From Monocercomonoides exilis PA203 (lineage: Eukaryota > Protista > Preaxostyla), in assembly GCA_001643675.2 (NCBI GenBank), contig LSRY02000031.1, positions 1,054,001 through 1,118,000 on the forward strand: a stretch of 64,000 nucleotides of DNA. The letters run 5' to 3'. Below are positions 38,101 to 49,499 of this stretch, in pieces. The notes under the pieces were generated by a model. It ran no database searches and was not told the DNA's origin. It was given only the letters and a program-made list of their open reading frames with translations. A program made the position numbers and the translations under genes. The first letter of the stretch is position 1, and each line of letters starts with the position of its first letter.

Positions 38101-39442
38101 TTTTGGTTCAGTTGGTCTTGGTGTTGTAATTGCTTTGTCATTTTTATGTTTTCCAACAAAAGCGTTTTTGTATAAGTTGGACAGCTATTCAGATAAATAT
38201 GTTGATCAGCTTGATCCTGACACACATTCCACTATTAAACATATCAGAAAAACCACATTTGGAGGTTTCATTTCAATAATTGCCTTTTGCTTTGTTATTG
38301 GTGCTGCTCTGTTGATTATTGTGACTTTTGCATGTTTCAACATTAATGAAACAAGAACAACTGAAGATATATCAATGGAAAAGAATGCAGACATTACAAA
38401 AATAGAAAACGAAAACATTCAGGTTGAATTGACTTTATTAGACTACACTGGCGAATGCATTGAAAAAGTGAGTGATAACACACATGAATTATCTGGAGAG
38501 TGTTCAGGGAAATTGGGTCTAGGGAAATTCACTTTTGATGCTTTTGGTTTGATGCATAATTTTTATTATTTATTTAATATTAAGTAAAAAATTTTTAATT
38601 TTTAATTTCAATTTAAACATGTTCATTAATTATGCACAAAAGATTGGTACGATAGTGAAAATGAAGACAAAAGTGTAACAATTGAAAGAAGTTGCACTCA
38701 AATGCCATCTTCCAATCTTTATTATCCCCCAACGAAAAACTGCCAGATAACTCTCAAAGCGTCGAAATATAAGAATAATCTGTCAAATTCTGAAGCAATA
38801 TTCTTTTCATTGTTCTCATCGGAAAGAAATGCATCATGCAGAGCTATTAAGGTTAAAGCGAATGCTGATTCAGCTGTTAAAAAACAAAAAAAGACTGAGA
38901 ACAATCAAAACAATTATCCCTCAACAATGGAAGATATATTTGTGCTGGATGAAAATGTTATGTTTCATGGACCAAATCCAACAAATATTACCATAGAACT
39001 AATTCCTTCCTTCTTTTTAGATGAAAAAAAGAAGAAAAACTCAGAACCTGTTAAAGGTCATTTGATAAACCATATTTCTTTCAATAGAGGATCATTGTCA
39101 AGTTATTCAAATATGTATTTTTCGACTGGATTTGGAGTAAATATTCTATTGAAACAGGAGAAAACTATCATCATCACAAACCGTTCTTTCAAAATCGCAT
39201 TCAAAATGTTTTTAACTTTGCTTGGAGGAACATTTGCGTATATGGGATATTTTGGTAATGTCTTACCTGTTTTTGAAACACTAATGAATGTCAACTGGCC
39301 ATGTGGAAGAAACGTCAAAAAGAAAATCACAACTGTTTTCAATGATTCTTCAAGGATAACAAAAAAGAGATCAGCAAATCGTGGATATGCAGAGGAAATG
39401 AAAAGTTCATTGGATCAAAACATCGTTTCTGGTTTCACCTAA
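35147..39442 (+). CDS. Signal peptide + kelch propellers + Cys-rich repeats + 3-TM membrane protein, paralog A
   Basis: Many (V/F)FGG...ND/LW kelch motifs; CSPGTY/CPKGSY Cys repeats; TM segments. A phase-1 intron at 38547-38642 joins ORF 35147 to ORF 38702. Confidence 0.85.
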
Positions 39443-40288
39443 GAAAAGTAATATTTGCTGATATGATTTTGACTAATTTGCTTTCCGATATATATACATA
39501 ATTATTTTTGTCTATTAATTTTTATATTTCAATTAAATTTTCAATTTGTTTTTTTATTTATCAGATCGTTGGATTCGCAGAAATCAATAGCATTTGTTCG
39601 AATATAAATTAATGGGTTAAAATATTTTTTTGGAAAATAAAAGTAAGAAAGAAAGAAAAATGGAAAAGAAAAGAAAAGAGGAGAAAGAAAAGAAAAAAGA
39701 AAAATATAAAGAAAAATAAGAATAAGAATAAGAAGATTTAGATGAAAAGAAAGACGAAGAAGAAAGAGAAGAGAGAGAGGAGAAAGAAGAGGAAGAAGAA
39801 GAAGAAGAAATTGATGTGGATGTGGATGTGGTTGATGGTGTTGTATCATTAGGATGTGCAGTGGGTGTAAGCAAAATTGAAGGAATGAATGATGAATGAG
39901 GTGTTTGAGAGGTGTTTGAGGGTGTGAAAGAAGAAGAGGAAGAAGAAGATGATGATGAAGAAGAAATTAAAGAATTAAGAGTGTCAAGATTATCTTTGGA
40001 GGTGATGGAATAATTTGCTGCGTTCAAATTTGAGGAAGAAGAAGCATAAGAAGAGGAAGAAACAGGTGAAGAAGAAGAAGAAGATGATGATAATTAAATT
40101 GATTGAAATGAATAAAGAATACATTATTTTTCGAGGAATATGATTTTAACAAAGTGATGCAATCCATGAAGAATAGAATCTCTTCTCTTCTCTCTTCTTC
40201 TCTCTTCTCTTCTCTTTATCCTTTTCGTTTATTCATTTTCAGTCATCTGTTTTTTCTGAATCTCAAATTCATTAAAAAAACACCTTCT

Positions 40289-42852
40289 TCACAAAAGCAT
40301 GAAATAACACTCCAGCTTTTCGTCAGGATAACTTCTTGGTAATTCTTCTTCAAGCAAGAAATGATGAAACTTGACAATGCAATCATCCAATCCTTCTTCC
40401 TCCATCTTTTCAAACACTTTCCTTTTCAGCTCTTTTCTTTTCGATTCTTCCATTTCATCTTTCGTCTCTTCTTGTAATCTTTTCGAAAGCTCCAATAAGA
40501 ATGAGAGACAACAAACTGTAACGTGGTCATTCAATGATTGCTGCAAGATCTCTTCCAAAACAGCATCAACAGCTCCTCCTTACAACAACCCTTCAACTTT
40601 CACACAACTGTTTTCTGCTTCAACTTTGAGCGGATAAATGCATTGCTCTCTTATTTCTCTGTGATTATCCCTTGATGCTCTCAATATTTGAGCAATGCAG
40701 CTGATAAGCTCTGAATATTCTTCATTACACAGTGAGCACGATCCCAAGAAATATCATCGTTCAGAAACCCGGGAATTTTTCAAAAACCCGGACTTTTTTA
40801 AAAAATTCATATATCTCGACGAGTTTTAAAAATTAAATTATAACACTTCACACAGTTACGCATCGATGTATAACACATCTTACCATATCAAAATTTTTAT
40901 TTATTGTGCTGTATTTAAGAAGAAATAAATAATTTTTATTTTTGAAAATCTGACTTTTAATGAAATTTTCTATTTTAATAAAACGATTCAGTTCATCTTT
41001 TATACATAAAACTTATTTTTTCTTTGTTGCAAACTGTTCTGGCTATTTTTCATTTTCTGCAATTTGCTCTTTACAACGGAATGAAAATCTGTCATTTTCA
41101 AAAATTCACGGTCAATGGGATAACTTAAAAAATATTTATTTCCAAACTCATAAGCATACATGTGAATTAAACACATGCTTTAATAAATATGATAGTTATA
41201 TAAAATTTCTTTATTGATGAAATTTAAGATGATTCAATTGGTATTTCAAAAAACTCAATTTGGAAGAAAATTCAATGAAAATGATCATTATAAATCATCA
41301 ATAATGAAAACAATATTTATTTATGAAATACCAATTGAATCATCTTAAATTTCATCAATAAAGAAATTTTATATAACTATCATATTTATTAAAGCATGTG
41401 TTTAATTCACATGTATGCTTATGAGTTTGGAAATAAATATTTTTTAAGTTATCCCATTGACCGTGAATTTTTGAAAATGACAGATTTTCATTCCGTTGTA
41501 AAGAGCAAATTGCAGAAAATGAAAAATAGCCAGAACAGTTTGCAACAAAGAAAAAATAAGTTTTATGTATAAAAGATGAACTGAATCGTTTTATTAAAAT
41601 AGAAAATTTCATTAAAAGTCAGATTTTCAAAAATAAAAATTATTTATTTCTTCTTAAATACAGCACAATAAATAAAAATTTTGATATGGTAAGATGTGTT
41701 ATACATCGATGCGTAACTGTGTGAAGTGTTATAATTTAATTTTTAAAACTCGTCGAGATATATGAATTTTTTAAAAAAGTCCGGGTTTTTGAAAAATTCC
41801 CGGGTTTCTGAACGATGATACTCCAATGCTGAGAGCCATCCCATCAAAACAAGTTCTTCTTCTTTTTCTTTTCCTCTTCCTTCTTCCTCTTCCTCTTCCT
41901 TCTTCCTCTTCCTCTTCCTTCCTCTTCCAGTCAACACACTTTGAAAGCACTTCCAGCTCTTTTATTGCCTCTCTCACAAAATGAAGCTCATTTTCAACAA
42001 CTTGTTCCTAATTTTTAATAAAGCATAATCTTTTTGTCAAAAACTCCCAAGCTGATTGATTGGCAAGTCTTGTCAGATTGTGGTGCTTCTGATGATAAGC
42101 GATAATCTCCTCAATCTCATTCAAAAACAATTCTTGCTCCATTTTCTATTTTTGAATTTATGTGATCGTTGTATGTTGTTGAAATTATTCAATAGAAAAA
42201 AATACTTACTTCGTTTGTCACATTTCTCAATGCAAACAAAGACACTTCCGCTTCTTTCTGAGCTTCTTCGCTTTCCACTTTTCTCAATGCGTATTTCAAC
42301 AGGAAAGGCACACAGATTGAAAGCAATTTTGGAGAAAATCTGTTGCAAAGTCAAAAAAAATCCATTTATCAAATTCAACAAGATGCTTTTCATTTTCATC
42401 ATCTTTTTTCCTCTTTATTGTTTATCATCCTTTTCAATCTTTTATTCAATGAAGATTCAACAAATAAATCAATTCATTATTTATAAACGCATTGAAATTT
42501 CCAAAGAACTTGAGTGACACAATTGCTTTTCCCATTGACATTTTCTTTTCTTCTATCATTTTTTCAATTTCGTAAAAAAAAGTTCTTTTTTGAAAGCAGA
42601 TGTGAATTCTTCTTTATCCATTTCGTTCACTAGTTCGTTCATTTCTTCGATTTTTGATAACAAATCAATTTTCGTTCAATAATCACATTCAGAAAGCATT
42701 TCTTTATTTTCAAATTATCGTTATTACTTATGACACAAAACAAAACCACTTTGCACTGGAAAACAATAATTTCCAAACGAAAAACCTGTTCAAAAAGAGA
42801 TTACTCAAGTTTCTCATTTGTTGATATATCTTCATTCGCCTTCATTCCTCAT
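40289..42852 (-). pseudogene. Lineage-expanded helical family, copy 4, disrupted by a foldback element
   Basis: Family motifs lie on both sides of the 40754-41818 insertion; the empty site reads LEYFLGSC in frame. Further stops and frameshifts are present. Confidence 0.75.
40754..41818. mobile_element. 1065-bp foldback element: 495-bp arms, 75-bp spacer, TA TSD
   Basis: Arms 40754-41248 and 41324-41818 are inverted copies, giving an identical 85-aa ORF on both strands. TA at 40752-53 and 41819-20. Confidence 0.92.
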
Positions 42853-43395
42853 TCGATACTAAGTGTTTGATATACTTGAAACAGTTCAACAATCGAACTT
42901 AATCACGAAATATTAAACGATTCAACTTAAAATACAAAAATGACAATCTATTATAAACCACACCTCATATTAAAAACAATCAAAAATGTAATTAAACAAA
43001 AAATTTGAGAAAAAAAAATATGCAATAAATATATTTCTCAACATTTGTTTTTTTGTCAGACGATTTAAAACTTTTGGGATGAATCAAAATGCGAATAATG
43101 ATTTAAAGATTTTTAAAATAAAAAGTGAAATGAAAAATTGATTTCAGACAACTCGTCAAGTCACTTAGAAAAACCGAATTCGAGGAATTTTCCAAAGATC
43201 AAATAATTGTAAGTCAAGGATTGTATTATTCACCAAAATAACGTTGCGAACAATTCAAATACAAAAATAAATCTGAAATAAAAACGAACCTCAATTACAG
43301 TTAAAGTAACACAAAGAGAAAATCCGGTTTCTTTAACTTTTTAAACACTAATTACAAACAAATTATGGATGGTTAGGCCATCATCAAAAATTAAT

Positions 43396-43510
43396 AAACA
43401 AAACAAAACAAAACAAAACAAAACAAAACAAAACAAAACAAAATTAAATTAAATTAAATTAAATTAAATTAAATTAAATTAAATTAAATTAAATTAAATT
43501 AAATTAAATA
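43396..43510. repeat. Compound (AAAAC)n(AAATT)n microsatellite
   Basis: Direct inspection. Confidence 0.9.
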
Positions 43511-43944
43511 AAAATAAAAATAAAAATAAAAATTAAAATAAAAATACAAATAAAAATCAGAATAAATAAATGAATAAATAAATAGCTTTATAACTCCTCT
43601 GTGCAGTTTGTTGTTTCTCTTTAACAAATAAAAAATTAATCTCAACAACTAAACATATATCGCAAAATATAAGGAAAATAACGAAATTAATGAAGATAAT
43701 AATTTCAATGAACGTGCATTATTAATGATCTGAATTTCAAAACTATATTTAAAAGCAAAAATATTTCTATGCTAATACAAACTTTTCTTCAAAAAATGCA
43801 CAAAAAGAAACGTAATCAATGTCTGAATTTTCATAGATCATGACTTGTGACTTCCATATGGCTTAATGACAATACCTTATCAATAACATCAGTAACAGAA
43901 ATAATTGCTCGTTCATAAAAAAAACTAAATATCAAGAATTCCCG

Positions 43945-46900
43945 TTATAATGAGTATCCAACTATGTCTTGTGTCACATCATCACTTTCCATCTGGATCT
44001 TCTTTCTCTCATCGTCCAGAAGAGGATCTCTGCTCATACGACATTTAAAGCTCGATGCCTTCCACTTCTTTTTGCAGCAGCCACAGAACAATTTCCCGCT
44101 GAATATGAATTCCACCACCGGAATCAGCTTCCCAATGTAATTCAAATACACAAAAGTTCCTCCCAATGCAGTGATCAGTCCAACAGCCGACGTCTTAAAC
44201 GACCTCGTCGTCACAACCACCGTCTGCGACAGCTCCACAAGCACATCCACACCCACACTCAGCGCAAGGCTTAATCCGCTGTTCTTCACTTGAGAGCCTG
44301 GCTTGATTGAAATCCTGCTCGCTTCGTGCCCCATCTGCACAATGTGCTTCCACTTGTTCTCCTCATACTTGCTAACCATCAGCTCAGCAACAACCTGCGT
44401 TTGCTCTCCGCCTTTGAAAATATGTGACGGATCCCCATCAAAATGACTTTCTGCTTGCGACTGGTACGAGGAGTCAATGAAGAAGTACCCTTTCTGCTGT
44501 GTTATTCCAGAATCAACTGAAATGAACCCATCGATCCCATAAAAGAACGCATCTTTCTCTTTCGAATAGAACGACAGAAGTTTTGCTCTTCTTTCAATCG
44601 TATCAATGCTTATGTTTTCTCCTGAAAGTCGAATTGAGCAGTCTGTTGTTGATGCGAATAATTTGTTTGGAGACGGAGATTGACTGCATCTTGGCTCGAT
44701 AACAACCGGCTCAGTGGGATAAATATCTGAAAAGTTTCATTTTTGAAACAACAATCAAAGCAGATTATGAAACAAGAAATATAAAAACAAGAAATTTTTC
44801 AGAGATAAACTTTAATTTTTTTGTAAAAAAAATATTACCGCAAACTTAGTGGATCATATGACGTTTTTCCAATCCCAAGAAGTGGAGAGCATTCGCCTTG
44901 TGCTTCAGCATGTTTGTCTTTCACATCCTTCACGCATTCCCCTGAATAATCTCTCAACCGAATTATGAACTCCATCTTTTTGTTGGTGAATTTATCCAGC
45001 GTAATGTTCTGGATTTTTGAGTCAACATAAATCCGATTCTCAAGCGTGTTGATCAAAAAGAATAGCACAATCACTGCTGAAGCTGCACCAACCACAAAGC
45101 AAATGCCAATAATCGAAACACATCCGCCATAACTCGTTTTCTTTACGGTCTTTATTGCTTTGTGTGTCTTTTCATCCAGGACATCCTTGTAAGTATTTGA
45201 GTATTGATCCAGTTTGTACAGTTTGTCTCGTGTTGGCAGGCAAAAGCACACAACAGCCACAATCAAGCCAAGAATCAGTGACACACCATAAAACAACACT
45301 GTGAACATTGTTTCTTTGTTCGAATTAGGATCATACGATTTTGGCTGCTCTGTGCACTCAAACGGCTTTCTCTGCAAAGTGTTGTTGTTTGCAGCTGACC
45401 CAACAATACAGCTGCTGTTTGATTCACAATATGTGCAATTATAATGGTGAATTTCTGACATGAATGTCCCTTCTTTACAAGGAACACATGAATAAATCGA
45501 TGTTCCAGATCCCCATGAATCTGAGCCAATTGGGCATTTTTCGCATTCTGTTTGGTTCAAGTGCGAAGAATATGCTGCATTAGCACAAAGAACACATTTA
45601 TTTGTTTCATTGTTAAAATATGATCCTGGAGCGCAGCCAGAAAGGTGACTCTTCAATTTTATTCTTGTAAGCTTGTTTGTGGCAATCGGAAGTGGGGTCA
45701 TTCTATCACTCACTGCATAGCCGCCGAGACAATAAAGTGAATCGAGCATGAAAATGCAGCTGCCATGCACTATAGGGAAATCCATTTCCTCTCTATCTTC
45801 GTCATATTTGTGCGTGGCAAGTTTGATTTCTCCGTATTCATCGAATGTGAATATGGATAAGAATGATTTCTTTGCAACGCCAGATTCCTCTCCTCCAACA
45901 ACAAATACTATTTCTCCATCGCCAACAACAACTACAGAGCTACCAATAGGGAATTTAGGACCCTTCAAATTAAGCCATCCTCCATAAGAAGCAGAAACCT
46001 CGAGCGGATGTGCAAAGCAACCTTCAATTGGCCTTTCTTTTTCATCTCCTCCGCAAACAAATAAATGTGGAATTGGCTTTTGATCGTCTCCTTTAACTTT
46101 TTCATTCAAAGCTTTCAATTTTTCCATTTCATACTTCGTATGTTGGCTTTTGCTTTTTTTATGATTAGTTAAGTGCTCTCTTAGAATAATGCTTTTCACA
46201 AATATTGTTGGCCTCTGAGCTGCAGTGTCCATTTCCATAACTTTGAGCCATTCTGATGTTGCAAAATTGAATGCCCATATGTCTTTCTGCAGAATTTTGT
46301 TCATATCGCAACCTCCAGCAATGTACAACACCGATTCATATATTGTCGCACCAGAACGGCACATTTTCGGTGGTTTGAAATCATTTTTCACTCTGATTTT
46401 TTGCCAAGAATGTGAAACGTCATTGTATTCAAAAAGGTCATTGCTCATTGTTGCAAAATCTCCGTCGTTATCATAAGTCGCTCCGCCAAATACGAAAATT
46501 CTTCCACTCAACACAGCAACTGCAGCTTCTGCAACAAAAGGAACCTCTTCAGAACAATATTGAAAATCCATTGGTTCTATCCATTTCCCATAATCTGGCT
46601 CAAATAATCTGTTAATTGCCATCATTTTCTTTTGTTCGGGGTTGTATCCTCCCACAACAGCTATTGTTCCGCTCAATTCAGCAAGACGATGTTTTGTTAC
46701 AGGAAGCGAAGAATCATAAGTTTTGCCTGATAATCCAAATACATTGTTTCTCTTATTATTCAGAGAAAAAGTAAAGGTTTCCGATTTATTGGTCAAAAAT
46801 GATTTGATAGCTTTTTGACTTTTTGAGCCTGACCAATCTTCTTTTGATATGAAATTAATGTCATTTATTGCATAATCTCCGTCTTTTCCACCAAACGCAT

Positions 46901-47870
46901 ACAAGGTTCCTTCTTCGTCCATCGTGCAAGATGTTCCCATTTTACCGAATCTCCGATAAAATGAAAAACCATTCAGCGTTACATTTTTAACGTTAGGGTT
47001 GATCCCAGCAGCAGTCAGATTCAAAACAAATAAGACATCTAATGGCACTGTATTTGTTCCTTCCTTTCCGCACCATATAAATCCAAAACATTCTGTTTCC
47101 GAACTGTAACTTGTAAATCCAGATCGAAAAATAGCTCCGCTAAAAGGATAATTAGTAATTATTTCAATTAACTGGCAATCATCTGGATTTGACAGTTTTA
47201 TCCTGTAAACATTTGGCTTGTCATCAATATTATTTGTCAGACCCCCAAAAATAAACAAATAATCTTTGAACACGCATGCGCCCCCATCACGAAGCGGTGG
47301 TGGATTTTTTGTTGGATCATTTTCGCGCAAGCAATGCCACAAAAATGTCTGTTTGTCCAGTTCCCACAAATCATTCAAAAGTCCGTGAGATCCTTGCCCA
47401 CCAAAAATATAAACGCGAGACGACGTTTCCACCGTGCAGGGGGCATATCGTTCGCATGGAATACTGCCTGATGGAGGAACAATTTTCCAAGAAATACGCT
47501 CAAAATCATATGAAAGCAACTCGTCAGATAGCCCACGATTACTAAGGCCTCCCCAAATATACATAGCACCGCCAACGCAAAATGATACGCACATGTACCG
47601 ATCGGGAAGAACATCAAGATTTGTTGTCGGAGCAATATTGCACAAATTCCGGTTCAAATCATAAAAATATGCATCTTTAATGACATTTCCATCAATATCC
47701 CTTCCACCGCCGATAAACAGTCCTTTTCTTTTCGTATTGTTGATGAAATGGAAGAATGATCCTTCACGAGGACAAGGCGGAGAGCCAATATTTGGCACAC
47801 TTTCAACTGCTTCCACCAAATCCATATCTTCAGAAAAAACGATTTGCATGCAACACAAAATTATAAGCAT
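43945..47870 (-). CDS. Kelch + Cys-rich + 3-TM membrane protein, paralog B
   Basis: Same architecture as 35147-39442, with a phase-1 intron (44845-44727) at the equivalent position. Shared motifs LYKLDxYS, KTxxGGxxS and LGGTF. Confidence 0.85.
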
Positions 47871-48478
47871 AACAATGTGATAAATTGATAACTTCGAATC
47901 TTCCCTGTAGTTACAAAAAAAGCCGACTTCTGAAACAATAAATTTAATAATGGGCAGATTCTCGAAAAAGGAGAATGTTTATCAAACGAGTTAAAATTGA
48001 TAAAAGCTCTTTATTAAACTAAAAAGAGGTTTAGAAAAATTTAAAACATAATTTTTATTGATGAACTTAAAATTTTCACTCCAATTATATCAGAAAGAAT
48101 AATATTTTTAATAAGTTTTTCGAGTTAGATATGTCAAAGTGCCTTTTCAGAATATTTGTTGGGCCAATGAGAAACGAAGTCCTATTTTTCGATCTGCTGG
48201 CCCTTTTAAAAAAAGAAAGAAAGAAGAGAATAATATTTTTGTTTTTATTTTGGATACAACACCACTTCCATCATCATATTATTATTATTATTGTTTGATT
48301 CTAATTATTATGAAAAAAAGAAAACAACTCACTATCATTCAATCGTTCAATCTATTGTTATGCATGCAAATTTATAAAACTGCAAAATGGGTGATTTTTT
48401 ATGGGATCATTAAATTCGACTCTTCAAATGTGACAGATTGAATTGGAGAAAAAAACAATTTATTTTAATAAAAATATT

Positions 48479-48738
48479 TGGGTGATAATTTTTGAAATCA
48501 TATATTTTTTCGGGGTGTTGATTTTACAAAGACAGTCAGTTTTTTGAAAGACAATTATTTTTTCAAAAGAAAAGAAGCTTAATGATTGTTTCTAATAACT
48601 AATGGTTATTCCGAATCAAAGATTTAAATGTATTCAATAAGCCTTTTCACTTTTCAAAGTTTATTTTTTGATATTCAAGAAATATTTTTGCACCGAAATT
48701 TTTCAATGAAAAAATATGATTTCAAAAATAATCACCCA
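48479..48738. mobile_element. 260-bp MITE, same family as 1184-1445
   Basis: TGGGTGATAATTTTTGAAATCAT...ATGATTTCAAAAATAATCACCCA; the internal sequence matches 1184-1445 in reverse. Confidence 0.8.
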
Positions 48739-48817
48739 TTTATAATAATAATATATGGGTATTTTTCTTTGAAAAGTTACATGGTTTTAATGTTGTCCCT
48801 TAAAAAAAATGATCATA

Positions 48818-48899
48818 AATTCTGTGAGGAAAAACCTATCTACAACACCTCTTTATTTATGGAGTGAGCTCCTTTATTAAGGGCTCAGTCGATCACAAA
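48818..48899. repeat. DIRS 3' terminal repeat (ITR plus unique extension)
   Basis: ATCTACAACACCTC...GATCACAAA is the inverse of ~53326-53387. Confidence 0.9.
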
Positions 48900-49178
48900 G
48901 TGATGTGAAAATAGATGAAGTGCAAAAGACTCGAAAAAAAAAACGTGAAAGGTTCTTTGCGCTGACATCCATTGGCCAGCGTCAAGGTGTTGCAAAGGAT
49001 TTTAGCATGATTACTGCTATGGCAATGGAAAATTGTTCTATAAAAGAAATAAATGAACTACGTTGAATTAACTTTTGGCTTGTAGCGCTGTTGCGTAACT
49101 GGCTGAAAGTCTCTGTTTATCCCCGATAAATCAAGGGACTGACCAAAGGGCGGGAAGAGCGCAGCTCTGGGGGGGAAA

Positions 49179-49280
49179 AAAGAGGTGTTGTAGATAGGTT
49201 TTTCTCACCGAATTAAAGTGCGCAGCACATTAATTCTTAAGAAAAACCGTAATCTACAACACATCTTTATTTATGGAGTG
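49179..49280. repeat. DIRS internal complementary region (ICR)
   Basis: Complement of the 3' end joined through AATT (49211-14) to the complement of the 5' end, i.e. a copy of the circle junction. Confidence 0.9.
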
Positions 49281-49499
49281 TTCTTAATTGGGCAGCTCCT
49301 TGTATTCTTCTGAAGTTGCAATATCAAATGAATTCAAAGATGAAGTTTATCTATTCTCTTTACCCTGCTCTGATTGTTTTCCTTCAGTAACATCTTCCCC
49401 TTCTGGCTCTTCCACTCTTGAGGGGAAGAGCGTCGCTTGATTGACTGTTTCGCCTGAAGGATGTGTTTGAATGGCCACAATTTCATCTATTGGAGAAGC

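Noticed and set aside
40960-41612. Two identical 85-aa ORFs on opposite strands
   Set aside because: They are a by-product of the foldback arms and show no protein motifs.
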